64,000 nucleotides of DNA, from IMG/VR virus record IMGVR_UViG_3300014204_013734, positions 224,001-288,000 of that record; one strand, written 5' to 3'. The notes beneath the pieces were generated by a model. It was not told where the DNA came from and did not search any database. It saw nothing but the letters and a program-made list of their open reading frames with translations. The DNA comes from a virus. Its lineage: Duplodnaviria; Caudoviricetes. Shown piece after piece: positions 1-13,100 of the stretch. Position numbers and translations under genes: made by a program. Positions within the stretch are counted from its first letter, which is position 1. Each line of letters begins with the position of its first letter.

Positions 1-4
1 CATC

Positions 5-1096
5 ATGTCGTGTGAAATTAAGGGGGTGAACGTTTCGTCGGAAAGTGATCCTCGGTCGACAGGAATTTATGGAATTTCCCAGATGTCAGAAGGGGAATTA
101 TGGGATTTGGTTGGAAACCAGTACGCTGCTAGGTTGTGGGATCGGCAGATAGCCCCGAAAGGGTCCGATTGGCCAATAGCGTTGGCCGGGGTCGGGGGTT
201 TGGATGAAAACGGACGCAAGAACATTCTGACTACGTTTTATAACAGTCTCCTTGGATCATTGGGGATTGACACGATTCCCGTTTTCCGCAAACGGGAATC
301 TGTGAAAGTAAAAGCGAAGACGAAAGGCAGCAAAGGGGTACAACAGCCGACTGCTTACGCTCCGGTATTTCCGGTGTCAGACCTGCTCGGGTATGAAGTA
401 GTGGGGTCGTTTCGCTACGGTCGGGATGTGGACATTGACGTTGGAGGTGTTTGGTCAGACCTGATCAATCGGGATCCATTGGAAGCACTTGATAGCCGAA
501 CGGTTGACGACATTGTTAACAATGCGTATTTAAAAAGGAAGGGTTTGGCAGGGGAAAGGACCCGGCAATTGCTGCTTAACATTATCAAGCAATATCCTGG
601 AGCTACCTTCAGAGGAGAAGGTGCGACTGTCCTTGACGCTAAGGCCATTGAAACGACTAAAGATGCAAACCAACTTACGTGGGGTTTGAAAAACTGGTAT
701 CTTGATCGCAAAAGCGACAGTGTGACGAAAATCCAACTTGTAAATGCTGCTTACACGTTGGCTGATCTTGCCCCCTTTGGGCGGTCAACAGCTCCGTGTG
801 CTTGTAGGGCAGCGGAAGCAAATATTGTTTTGGAAGATGCACAGAATGCTAATTTCATTCCTGTCGTTGAAGGTTTGACAGTGGCGCCGGATGCTGATGC
901 AATAACCCAGTACGTTGCCAAAGCTACTGCCGCAGCGGGCATGGAATGGACGGTTCGTCAAGATGCTTTGCGTGGGACTGCTTTGGACAGGTCGTCTAGC
1001 GGAACCGTTGCTTTTTTCCAGAATCTTGATGAATTGTATGCGGAAGCCAATCGTCAGGTTAGCGTGTCCGTTAACCTGCTGGAAGAAGAGGTGTAA
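5..1096 (+). CDS. 5'-truncated virion protein, possibly baseplate hub or tail-associated
   Basis: The frame is open to the window edge (ATC ATG at 2-7). It lies directly upstream of the spike gene with a 3-nt gap. Function is inferred from position only. Confidence 0.5.
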   Translation: MSCEIKGVNVSSESDPRSTGIYGISQMSEGELWDLVGNQYAARLWDRQIAPKGSDWPIALAGVGGLDENGRKNILTTFYNSLLGSLGIDTIPVFRKRESVKVKAKTKGSKGVQQPTAYAPVFPVSDLLGYEVVGSFRYGRDVDIDVGGVWSDLINRDPLEALDSRTVDDIVNNAYLKRKGLAGERTRQLLLNIIKQYPGATFRGEGATVLDAKAIETTKDANQLTWGLKNWYLDRKSDSVTKIQLVNAAYTLADLAPFGRSTAPCACRAAEANIVLEDAQNANFIPVVEGLTVAPDADAITQYVAKATAAAGMEWTVRQDALRGTALDRSSSGTVAFFQNLDELYAEANRQVSVSVNLLEEEV

Positions 1097-1099
1097 CCT

Positions 1100-3556
1100 A
1101 TGGCCAAGGTCCCTGAAGGTATTCGGTTCCGGCAACCCGTCGGGGGTTATACGGGAATCCCGAGATCTGCTATTACGGGATCCCCTAAAGGAATGAGGAC
1201 CAAGGTTGAAAAAGGTGATCCTGACCGTAACTGGGGTTTGGGCGTAGCTACGGTTACGAACGTTGACTACGAAGAATTTTACGTCACCCTCAAAACAGTC
1301 ATAGGAACGTCACAGGAATTTGACCGGGTTCCTGTCCCTATGACTTTCCCAGGGGCCGGAGCTCGGCATTTTTTCGGGTCAATGCCGGAAATCGGTGACC
1401 GTTGTGTTGTTGGTTGGATGCCTCAGGAAAGTTCCGCATCCAATACGACCCGCACGCCAGTCATTCTGGCGTGGGTCATTCCTGGTGTTTGGCCAGGACG
1501 TGACTGGGTGACGACTGCTGAATTTGATCCTGAAGAATACGATATGGACAGCCCACAGGACGCTGAACTCATGCGGGGGGTCTACCAGCGCGTCCGGCAT
1601 AAGCTCAGGCACATGCAACCGGGGAACATCGTCGCATCTTCTTCACAGGGTTCTGATCTTGTTTTGGATGAAGGTGTTACGCTTTCCAATCGGCGGGGCA
1701 ACGAAATTCGGTTGCGGGATCAGGATCAGGCTATTGTTGTCCGATCTCTTCAGCAGTTTCATGCCATGGCGGGTGCTCGTGTCTACGCCGGAATGGTCCA
1801 GCGTGATGCCCGCCGGTTGCCGGCCATGGTTGTGTCCGACGGCAAGGAATGGGATGCCCTTGTTCAGGCTAATGACGGGGCGCCGATTCCCGACACGTTG
1901 CTTGGTCCAGACAGTACCGCGCCTGACGGATTCTACACCCCGGCCAAAATGTTCCAGAAGCGCAGGACTTCATCTGACGAAGGGTGGATTGCCCCCGGAT
2001 CGCCGTTTGACTTGGATTCCTGGGTTGACCCTTACATGTTCCTCCAGCTCGGGGGCATCTTGGACGGGGCGGGTTTTGTAGTGGATGGTCAGCAGGCTGT
2101 CAGTGACGCTGTTTACGGCGGCAAACCTATCTTTCGAGTAGCCCAACAAGACCCCAGAAATGCAACCAATTTCCCTGATGTTCCGACCCTGACGGAAATC
2201 CGGTTTGAATTGGCCCACACGTCAGACGGGAGATTGCCTGTCACTGAACAGACGGACTTGTTTGATGCTGAACGGCTGCCGGACACCCAGGCCGGGATTG
2301 AAGGGTCCTCTTCCACAAACCAACCGTTTGTGGAATGGGTTTTAGGGTCCGTAGTGGGAAACGACCCGTATTCAGTGCAGGGGCGACAAAAGTACGGGCT
2401 CCCTATTGTCCCAGTAGTCTTTGAACCGGGATCTGATACGCCTGCACCGCGACTGGAAGCAGCGAAAATCACGTCATCCGCCGATGGTCTGACTCCGACC
2501 CCGTTGACTGACCATGCTGCCCTATTGTTCCATCTTGTTCCGCCGACGGCGGAAGGCGGTACGGAAACGTTCTGGGCGGTCAACAAATCGGGCCAACTTC
2601 GGGCTTACATTGGTGGAGATACAAAGCAGGATTCAGCAGAGATTTTCTTGCAGGGGGGCTTGAAGTTCGGTGTCGGGGGTGCTTGTCGTTTTCTGACGTC
2701 AGGGTCCTTGGAATTCGGGTCTCTCAGCAAAGGAAGCCTGCATCTGAACGCTGAAGAAGGTGCTGTCACCATTTACGGTGGTGGACCGGTCAAGACGAAC
2801 GAAACTATGGCGGAACGGATTTCCGGGTCCAGTGGGGGTGAAGCGGATGTCCCCGCTGTTGACATAGGGGCAAAGACGAATCTTCGTCTTTCCGCTGAAC
2901 GTAAGATCGTCATGAAAGGCGGTGCCGTCAACATTAACGCTTCGGCTATTGATATCGTTGGTAACGACACGGTTTTCATCAACGGGACCAAGTCGGTAGA
3001 ACTGTCGTCCGAAAATTTCAAAACTTCCGTGTCCGGGCAGATGTCGCAATCGTTTTCCGGACCGAAATATCTGCTGCCGACGAACTTCCCGCTTCATGAA
3101 CGTTCTTACGTGAGTCCATACCCTGGATTCGCTGGGGAGAAGGTTTCCTATGTTATGTGCGACAGGGAAGAAACCTTCAAGATACTGGGCAATCACACAA
3201 CAACAATCCAGATCGGGAACATGATTTACCAGACGATCTTGGGCACCTGGAAGGCACAGGCGGCAGCCAATTATATGGAATTGACTCCCGGTTCGGCTTC
3301 CGTGCAGGCAACTGCCGGTCCTATCACATTGACGGCGGCCGCCGGAGCTATTACCGCCACGGCATCAGCCGCTGTAGTTTTGACGGCTACGGGAGGACCC
3401 GCTGTTTTGGGGGGTTTGGCAGGAGTGTTCCTTCGGGCGCCGATCACGGGTCCTGATGTCGGTCCGATCTTATGTGCCGGGTCCTTGGAACCTTTCACGA
3501 ATCTTCCCTTTGCTACTTGGGGTCTGGGCGCTAAATTGCACAATGTGACGGTTTAG
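1100..3556 (+). CDS. Baseplate central spike, gp5/VgrG/gpV-like (818 aa)
   Basis: N-terminal OB-fold-like pattern (VATVTNVDYEEFYVTL...SMPEIGDRCVVGW). C-terminal beta-strand repeats typical of spike beta-helices (NLRLSAERKIVMKGGAVNINASAIDIVG; SVQATAGPITLTAAAGAITATA). Confidence 0.7.
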   Translation: MAKVPEGIRFRQPVGGYTGIPRSAITGSPKGMRTKVEKGDPDRNWGLGVATVTNVDYEEFYVTLKTVIGTSQEFDRVPVPMTFPGAGARHFFGSMPEIGDRCVVGWMPQESSASNTTRTPVILAWVIPGVWPGRDWVTTAEFDPEEYDMDSPQDAELMRGVYQRVRHKLRHMQPGNIVASSSQGSDLVLDEGVTLSNRRGNEIRLRDQDQAIVVRSLQQFHAMAGARVYAGMVQRDARRLPAMVVSDGKEWDALVQANDGAPIPDTLLGPDSTAPDGFYTPAKMFQKRRTSSDEGWIAPGSPFDLDSWVDPYMFLQLGGILDGAGFVVDGQQAVSDAVYGGKPIFRVAQQDPRNATNFPDVPTLTEIRFELAHTSDGRLPVTEQTDLFDAERLPDTQAGIEGSSSTNQPFVEWVLGSVVGNDPYSVQGRQKYGLPIVPVVFEPGSDTPAPRLEAAKITSSADGLTPTPLTDHAALLFHLVPPTAEGGTETFWAVNKSGQLRAYIGGDTKQDSAEIFLQGGLKFGVGGACRFLTSGSLEFGSLSKGSLHLNAEEGAVTIYGGGPVKTNETMAERISGSSGGEADVPAVDIGAKTNLRLSAERKIVMKGGAVNINASAIDIVGNDTVFINGTKSVELSSENFKTSVSGQMSQSFSGPKYLLPTNFPLHERSYVSPYPGFAGEKVSYVMCDREETFKILGNHTTTIQIGNMIYQTILGTWKAQAAANYMELTPGSASVQATAGPITLTAAAGAITATASAAVVLTATGGPAVLGGLAGVFLRAPITGPDVGPILCAGSLEPFTNLPFATWGLGAKLHNVTV

Positions 3557-3558
3557 CT

Positions 3559-4161
3559 ATGTCCTTGAATCCTGGAATCATCTACGGAGCGTATACTACT
3601 TGCAAGGCGGCGGGCGGACTGGCTTTCAACGGGGCAGCTTTTGATTCAATGGCTCGTGGTGTTGCTAACGGGGTTTGCCAATGGGGAATCAACCAACCTG
3701 CGAATTTAGCTTTGGTTGGTATTGCTTCAGGTACTGTTGGTGTAGGCGTCATCAACCAGGCTACGACGAAACTGGTTGTCCCTCCGAACATCCAGGCTGT
3801 GTCCAGTGCCCTGACAGGCGCCGGGATGGTTGGTCCTTTAAGTACGAGCCTAGCCATCGTCACGGCTCTGGCAATTTCCCAGGCATTTTCGTCATCGGGA
3901 CAGTATCATGGAGTAGTAGCTGGTGTCGGGGTTGGGACGGATGTGTCTAAAATCATTGTAGTGAATGCTACAACCTTGATAGCGGCATTGATGTTGAATC
4001 TAGCAGCGACCGGGGGTTCCGGTCCGGCCTTGACAATGATGGCCATTGGTTTAGGTAACGGCATTGCCGCTGAATTGGCTTTGGGGGCGGGGGCGGGGGC
4101 CGTGACAGGTATTCCACTTCCGGGTCCAGGGACGGGACCTTCTACGTCCGTGGTAGTCTGA
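3559..4161 (+). CDS. Gly/Ala-rich hydrophobic protein, candidate spike-tip or spike-associated protein (200 aa)
   Basis: Starts 2 nt after the spike stop. Almost no charged residues. Repeated GxG/GVG strands alternate with Ala-rich helices. Confidence 0.5.
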   Translation: MSLNPGIIYGAYTTCKAAGGLAFNGAAFDSMARGVANGVCQWGINQPANLALVGIASGTVGVGVINQATTKLVVPPNIQAVSSALTGAGMVGPLSTSLAIVTALAISQAFSSSGQYHGVVAGVGVGTDVSKIIVVNATTLIAALMLNLAATGGSGPALTMMAIGLGNGIAAELALGAGAGAVTGIPLPGPGTGPSTSVVV

Positions 4162-4177
4162 CAGAAAAGAGTGCTCT

Positions 4178-7100
4178 ATGTTCAGATTTACAGGTCAAGT
4201 TCTTGAAGGTGTGAGGGTTTCGCCCGCCAACCAACCGACAACTGAAGAACCCAGTGACGGTGTGGTTCGCGATGTGCGTGAAGTTCCAGGCACCTATATC
4301 ACGAAACCGGGGGCACCTTCTTTCATTGATGCCCGTGCAGATCAATGGCGGGCGGCAGTCATTGACGCTCCGGGAACGACCCCCCAGGAATGGTTGGTTT
4401 GGGCTGAAAACACTTCCCAATTGGCCTTGGTTGATGATCCCGATTGGTGGACTTCTCAGGGTTTGGGGACGATTCCAGAAAACGGTGTCTTGGATGTACC
4501 GGATGTCAAAACCTTTGAGATTCATACCGATGGGAGCAGCAAATTTCTTGTTACGGATGACGGAAACCGAAGCATAGGGACTGTTCTTCTGTTTGTTGCT
4601 GCCCGGGGTGATGTTGATTATGATGACAACGGTTGGGAAGACCCCAACAACCCTTCTGCTGGGCGTAAAGGGGATAACCCTTATCCGTGGTGGTTTGTAG
4701 ATACGACAGATCAGAATCCCGTTTCAGGGGTAGTTACGCTTTCAGCGGCGCAACTGGTTGTTTTGGGGGGTGGTTTATCTCCGTCTCGCGGGGATTCTCT
4801 TGTTGAAGTTCGGTATACAATTGCTCCGTCCCGATTCTGGTGGACAAAAAACGACCGATACGAAACCCGATTCGGATGGAATGGCAAGACGCAACGTTGG
4901 GAACCTTGGAAAGGTTCCCCCGTCAAGAATCTTGGCCTTCTGCTTCTTGATCAAACAACATTCCACATGGATCCAAAAGTTCGGAATCTTCCTGTTGGAT
5001 CTTTCCTTCCTGGGGACTTGGTTGTTCCTGACAGTTGGTCCATGATCCGACTTGGGTCTGATCCCGGTGTAACAAGCATTCCTGTTGCACCTGATTCCAG
5101 CGGAGCTTCCGATTTTTCAGGGGTTTTGGTTCAGCCTGATTCCGAAATTGCTGACTTTGATTTTGGACTTGTTCCTGATGTGGCGGGGGTTATGGGTCAG
5201 TCTGGTGGGGAATTATCCTTTAATCCGGCATTTGTTCGCAAGCATGCCGGAAAGACGGTTTGGTATTCTTATCGGGGATTTTCTGAATCTGAAACGGGTG
5301 TAGTTGGCAAACTGCTGGATGCAAAAACCACTTCCTTGTTCCTTGCTCCTCTGCCTGGACCTACCGATTTCCCGATAATTCGTTTTGGAAATCGGACGCC
5401 TGTGGCAGTTCAGTTGTTTCTGACTGATGCTGACATGAACTTGGCCGTTAGTCCGTCGGCAGGGGTTGTTTACGTATCTTTGGCAACGGGGCGTTTGGTG
5501 ATTAGTCAAGCGGACCTTGCCAAGTCTGATCCTGATAACGTGACGGCATTTGATAAACAATGGTACGGGGCTGATGTGATTTATGATGGGGTAGCCCTGA
5601 ATCAGATCCCTCAACCGTCATCATATCCTGTTCCTTTGGTAGACATTTTCGGGAATCCTCAGCTTTGCGGACCGGATGTTGATTTCTATATCCCTGACGC
5701 TTCTATGCTGCCTGGTTTGGGGTTGTCTGGCATTCTTCAAGTGTCTGACCGGACCGGATCGGTTCCGATGGCGGGTGTTGTCGGTACGCGTCCTGGAGGT
5801 GATAATCCTGGTGATGCCAATACAGGATTGATCAGGAGTCTTTCTGACGGTGTGGGGGACACCATTCTGTTTTCCAAGACGCATGCGTTGACGAATATCA
5901 GGACTGTTACTTTACCTGCGGATCTTCCCGATCCTGGTAAAGTACGAACGGGTTGGGCTACGGTTTGTTTGAAGAATGCTAGTCTTCCGGGATTGCCGGG
6001 GTTGTCTCAGGTAATTCTTTCCAAAACGGACATCCAGGCGTTTGCGGATGATTACGTCTATTTCCTTCAGTCTTCATTCACTCCCGCTGTTTACACAACA
6101 ACCGCCAGGATATATTCCAGGAATAGAGACATCTTTCGTTTTGATGGTACGGAAGTTTTCCACTTCGCTTTCACGACCCCTTTGATTTGGAATTCCGCTT
6201 CCTTAATTTCAGCATTTCCGGAAAAGGACTTCTTCACTGCCGAAGAAGTTGCTGCGTCAATTGATGCAATTATCCCTCCTGGTGATGGCCGTTCGTGGGC
6301 CTTGAATGGCAGAATAATTCTGGAAGCGGATGATCCTGACACGGGGACCGTGGAAATTGGATGGGGAGTTGGCGGGGTGATGGATTTGTCCGGAGCTGCC
6401 GCTTTGGGATTTCTGCCCGGATGGAAAGCTTCGGGGGGTGTGGCGAACCGGCTTCCGGATTCCGGCGCCGCTGTTGGTCTATTTCGCAGCCCCCTCAATC
6501 TGGATCGTCGGTTGGCGATTCCCGACTTTGCCCACGTGGAACGATTGCGTGGGGCTATTGTCTATGACAGCATTCCGCCCAACCCTTTCACATTTTTGAC
6601 TAACCCCCCATTGGAAGATGTGGCCGGATATGATGAAGGTGTGTTCTTCAATCTTGTCAATACGGTTCAGGATGGCGACAATATCAGAATTGTCAGCAAA
6701 TATCTTGAAAACTGGTCCGATGTTGTCTACAGGTTTGGGCAAGGAAAATTTGACTGGGTTACTTGGGATGCAATTACCGAACCTGTCAACAGGGCCATAA
6801 CGACAATCAACCTCGGGCATTCAGGGGTTGTTCAGGAATCCATGCGTTTGGCTCCTGGTATTCCTGGTTACCTGTCAGCGAACGTGGACGGGGAAGGGGA
6901 TGTCTGGCAGGATCCCGACAACGATTACATAATGCCGCAGGGCGGTATTACTGGGACGGCCACATTCATCAGGCGTTTCGGAAAGCGGGTCCTTTCTGGG
7001 GCCCAGGGATCATTCAGTGCCGGGGCAGGTACTTTTTCAGATCCTTCGGTCAATTTTACTGATCCTCGTTGGGGAATACAGCCGGGTTTCCGTCTGAAAA

Positions 7101-10100
7101 TTACCAGTTCGGAAGGAGAAGGGTCCTACACGGTTTCAACCGTGTCTTCGCTTTCCTTGCAGGTAGCTCCGTTATTCTTGGTTGGAACGACCCGTCCGGC
7201 TACTTGGGAACTTTTTGAAGGATTCGTTGAAGATGTCTACGACCCCATGTTGGTCGCTGATGTTCTTTACCAGAATCTTTCTCCTCTTCCCGACGAACCT
7301 TTCAAGGTTCGGGTTCTGTCTCCGTTGGGGGTTGTTCCTGAAACGGCTTCCGATTTGGCTACAAATCGTCCGAAGGCGGAAGTTGAAGGGGCGTTGTCCA
7401 GCGGTCGTCCGGTGTCTGTTAGATATGGGGCTGTTGCACCGTCCGTCATAAATGTTGCGTCCCTGACGTGGTTGACCAAGACGGATTTGGGAATCATTTC
7501 CAATACCGGCATCATCGTCCCAATCGGGGAACGTTTTGATGCGTTGGCTTTTTCCATTCAGGTAGGTACGGCGAATTTCAGTTTTGCCGCTGGAAGTTTG
7601 TTTGCTGTTACGGCTTTCAGTCCTGATCCTGGGGATGCCATTGAATGTCTTACTGTTTCTTCAGGTGTCTTTCCGAAAGGACAGTTGAAATTCGGCAGCC
7701 TTGTTTTATCCAAATTCCCACAAGCCCGTGTCCTGGCGGTTGATGAATTCATGCCTCCTGCGCTTCTTCTTCCGCTTCAGGCGGAATGTGATCCGGTGAC
7801 GGGGGAGATCAACTATTCCCAGTCGGACATGGATGATTTCCATGGTATTCGTGCCTATTTTGTTGAACAGATGATCACGGACAATGACCAGGATGTTTCA
7901 ATCCAACCCATGACAGGGACATGTGCATTTTTCCGTCCTCTGCCCAAGGGTGTCCTGGTTGAAATGGCTTATTGGGCTTCTGATTTGGAAGGACGAAAGG
8001 TCGGAAACGAAATCGTGGAATTTCTGCCGGTGTTCATCCGGAATGAAGTTGCCAAAAGGGACCGTCCCAATGTCTTTACGTACAATGCTTCCGGGGACAC
8101 CATCAACAGGGTCATAGAACCTATTGTATTCGTCCGAGGTGCGCAGCAAAATTATGGGGAAGTCAATTACGTCGTAGATTATACGGATATTGGGAGGGGA
8201 CGCCTGACGTTCGTTACTTACGACATTACGGATGATTGCGATGTTAAAGTCACCTATGCGGTAGCAGAAGCTCAGGGGGGGGAACGCGTTTACGAAACCA
8301 GCACGAAACCTGTCTACAGACCCCCATTCTTCATCAAAACGGCGCAGAACCGATTTGGGCTTCATGGGGATCGTCGATCGGAATTCAAGGCAGGACAACT
8401 GCTTCGTATTGGTGGGGAATGTTTTTACGTCAAGGGGGTCCGTTATTTCCCTCCGGTCATTATTCCTCCGGTAGTCCCATCGGAATTGCCTGCTTACAAG
8501 CAGCCAATTTCTGTTTCCCCGCCGCCTTCGTCCGGTGATATTACAGCAGTGTATATTTATCCGCCTACGATTCAGGAAGTTGGTTCCAGAGCTCCTGGGA
8601 GAGATGTCTTTCTGGGAATCACCCCGATGGCGGTCACTCCTGTGGTTGATCCTTTTGGGGATTCTCCTGGACCTTACGGTAGTCCTGCTCCCGTACCAAC
8701 GGACGCAGCTTTGGGGATAATGTTTGATCTTGATTTGACGGACTTTCCGTTTGAGCCTGTCAACCGAGGCCAAACTACCATTGTTTTTAAAGGGGATCTG
8801 ACGCGTTTTTCAGTACCGGGACACATTCTTGAAATCGGGGGTGTTCCTTACACAATTTCCGGGGCGGATTTGACCGTAGATGGATCAAGGACAAACGTAT
8901 CTTTGACTTCGGGAATCCGAAAGAGCTTCACTGTTGATATGGCCCCGCCAGTCCGGTTGACTTGGAGGCCGATCTATCCCCCCAACTGCAGGACATTCCT
9001 TGGTGTCGGGCCGTTCGTTCAAGAAGAGGGATGGGAACTTGTCCTGTGGGGTGAATCAGGTCCGAATGGGGAAAACCCTGGTCGCACTTTGGTTCCCAAT
9101 TCTGAATACGTGATTGACCAGAACAGTGGGGCTATAACTCTACTGGAACCTTTTCAGAATGCTATGAATGCCCCGCAAAGGTTGTCTCTGTCATACACTT
9201 TGTTGCGGGGGTTGCAGCCGTGGGTGAAAGACGGTGTTGTAGGAAAACCTTCGTGGACCGCTTTGTATTTGCATAGTGAAAGTCCGAGTGAAGAAAACGG
9301 TATTTTGGGCGGAACCCTGGCAGCAACATACACGTTCCGTAACCCTGATACTTTTTACGTTCGGTCTGCCCCCTTGGAACAACTTATTGTTGATGTGACA
9401 GCGGAAGTCGTCCAAGAAATCAACAGCAAGCAACCGGCAAGCAGCGCCCCCAAACCTGTCGGCAAGCCTAGCAACTGGAATCAGGGGCGGGTTGGTTTGA
9501 GGACGGAACGGAAGCACTTGACCGACAAGGATAGGGTAGCCAGGACATTTCTTGATTTCTACAACACTGCTATCAATGCTTTTGAACAGATTGAAGAAAC
9601 TATTTCGGGTGACATCATTGGAGATAGTGATGGGAAGTTCCGTCATTGGGTTGGCCGTGGTAAGGAATGGTTCACTCCTGGATACGAAGATCCCATCACA
9701 GGGGTGTTGACACGACGGGATATCTGGACGGAAGTGTTTTCTGAATGGCTTCTTCCAGGGACTTGTGTCTATTTTCAACCGACCGACCCAATAGTTGATC
9801 CGTGGTCGTTTACGTTAACGGACGGGGTTATTGACGGAGAAACCCCTGACTTGGATTTCGTTCAAAGCCTTATGGATACGCAGAAGTCACGGGTGAGAAA
9901 TGAAGTTGACGATTACGTCCTTTCTGGTACCTATTCCAGGCGGTCACGTCGGGATGGGTACCCTTACTTCAAACATATTCTCCGGGGACGGTTTTCCCCG
10001 ATGTTCATGCGGCATAAGTATTCCCGTCTGTTCCCTACATGGACCAAGACGTTTCTTCGGACAAACCCCGGTCTGGATTCCAATCCTGCTGCCGGTGATC

Positions 10101-13100
10101 CCGGATTCTTTACAGCGGGTCGTTACTTTTACGATTCCAAACGGGGTGAAAAAATTGTTCGCAAGACCACTGGAGACGATATTGGGCAGGTACAGAACCC
10201 GGTCCTTGGCGACATTACGTCTGTCAACGCCATCACACTTTTCAAACGTCGGGCAAGTGCTCGCGTCTGGGGTTATTTCCCGGACGGTATAGCCGCCGGA
10301 GCTTTTGGGACAGTAGGGGGGATTCCTGTCCCGGCTGTTCCCGTTTTGGGACCGTGTTTTGTGGCGACCCCGCTTTCCCTGAAGGACTTTCCTATCAATC
10401 CGTCGACGGGTTGGCCTGATGTTTCTCAATTGGCTAGCGTGACGGCGACTGGGGTTGCTGATCTGATGTCCGGGGATCCTGACATGGCCATTCCTGGTTT
10501 CCTTGGCGGGTTGCCAACTACCCTTCCTGGTGGCCTCACCATTTCCACGAAAGGTGATCAGATTGCCCTTGGGAAACCAGACGGGACAGTTTGGAGGCTT
10601 TGTGACGCCGACGGTGGAAGTGCTACCAGTGCAGGTATTTTTTCCTTGCGGGGCATCTTCGTCAATGCGATTCTTTACGGTTGCATCATGACCTTGCAGG
10701 ACGGGGACGGAAATGTAATCCTGGATCCCGCCCGGGTACTTCTGGCTAAAGATGACTCAACTGGGGCGCCTGCGGACACTGGGGTTAACGCAGCTACACG
10801 TGGGGACACTTTGATGTCCATTTCCAAGGATGGGGCTGCGGCGCCTGATAACCCCCCGACTTCCGAAGAACTGGAAGAAATCGCGGAAAGTTCTGATAGT
10901 TTCAGGATTGGTTTTGACGTGTCTGTTTTCCGGGATGGGCGGATCGTCGACATGACTTTTCCGTCGGTTCTGGATCCAAGATATTTTGGCATCAAAGAAG
11001 TTCTTGGTCAGAATCCTCCTGAACCTTTGTCCTGCATCGGAGGATCCGTCAACTTCACCTACGAAGGGCAGAATCCGGTTGAAGTGCCAGCTTTGAACGG
11101 GGAGGCTTTGGACGATTCGGGTGATCGGGCAGTCCCTTACCTGAAAGTTTCCAATACGGAACTGGACCGGTTTGAGGACGGGGGTTCCATATTGGCGGAT
11201 GTGCTGAAGGTAGATACTTTGGCGGTTCGTCCTTTGTCTGTTGGTGGACCTTGGGGCGTTTGGCCGGACGAATTTGTCGGTAACGACGGGACTGCCATGA
11301 CAGAACCCCCGTTGCCCGGCGTTACGCCGGATGATCAGCCGGGTTCTCTTATGACCATGGAAGACCTTGGTCCAAGGAAAGCTTCACCGCCCGCTCCGGC
11401 CGCTCCGTGGGGTAACGGGACGGCAAATGTCCGTCCTCACGATATTTTGTTCGTTCAAGTTCAGGACATTGCAGATCCGACTGATGGACCGTTTTCGGCA
11501 GCAGGTCTTCCTATCAAGGGGCCTCAAGGTATCCAGTCTGTCGGTCGGGTTCGTCTTCTTGAGACCGACTGGAATCTTGACCCATCCGGGGTTATTGATC
11601 CGCGGCACGGTATTGGGTCTTTGATTGAAACGCCGAGATTTGTGACCAGGACGAGTCCTCCTGCCGCCCCTCCTTTGCCGGATACTGCATCTCCGGTCCG
11701 GCATGCTATTGAGAATGCCTTGGTTCACGTGTCTGATCCACAACCCCCCGACCCGCCGCCTGTTACCGTTGATGGGGTTAAGATTTATGCGTACAAGGCT
11801 CGGCAACTGTTGATCTTTGATTTGACCGGAACGAATTTTACTTTGCATGATGGCCAGACCGAAGGTGTTGGAGGGTTGAATAACCTGTGGTCCGGGGTAG
11901 GCGCAAAAGCAAACAACAAGATCGTCATCCAGCCCATTTCCAGGAAGGATTCTAATATTCAGTGGGGACCCGGTGGGGCTGACGTGTCTGTCCTGAAACT
12001 TGGCGGTGTCGTTGTCATGACGTTCACTATTCAGGGGACCAACATCACGACCAGGGATTATTGGACGCACCCGCCTGGAACTACCACATTTACTAACGCA
12101 CATTTCGGGGAAAGTATTGTGTCCGTTCTGGGTGGGACACTTCCCGGTATCGTATCCGACCAAACGGATCCCCGATACATTATCCTTGAAAACGTTGTGG
12201 ATACGGACCTTCTGAAACTGTGGCAGACGCCTTCTGGGGCGCCGCCACATCCGACTAGCACCTGGTTCATTCCCTACACTGAAACGGCGGATCCGGGATT
12301 CCCTGGAACTTGGTTCCAAACCATGAATTATGGCGAGGATGTGTCCATTGGGGTTGACACGACGGCAACTGGCGAATCTACAACGGCCTGGATTGATGAA
12401 GACCGTCTGACATTCCACGAAGCGTTTGATTTGCGTTGGATGAAGGAACGGGGTTTCACCCACCCGCTTAATGCAACAACCATCTTGGAATCCCGTTTTG
12501 CTGTTAAAGCCGTGACCGTTGGTCAAACAACGGTGACCAGTTTTTGGTCCGACATTGACACATACTGTAACGGGGCGGACAGTGGTGGGAATCCTCTTCC
12601 CTACACGTTCCTTGCCCGGGCGGGGGTTATAGGGACGTGGGTTCCCAGGACGGCGACGGTATCGGAAGATGGTTCCGTGGCGGTCATGGGATTTGAAGGT
12701 TGGCAAGGAACAACTGGCAATATTCCGGTGCTGTCCACTTTGGCCACGTTTTCCGCCGCTCCATCCAACGAATTCTGTTGGATTGTCAATCCGGCCGGTT
12801 TGGAACAATGTGTCCCAATCTGTTCTGGAACGGGTGTTACGGAAAGCCGATTCAGCATCATTGTCGGTTCAGATCAGCTTGATGACCGAATCACGAGCAT
12901 TGGAGTCACTCTTGGTGACATGGCTAGGATTGAACCGGGGGATGTTGCCGTCGTGTCCAAATCGGTAAATGCGACACATCTGGCTACAACCAAGGCGGGC
13001 ACTTACCTTGTCAGGCATGCCATTGCTGAAAATATTCCTGTTATTGCAGCCGATCAACGTGTTACGGCGCCTTCCATCATGCTTGGGGTGTCTGATGTGG

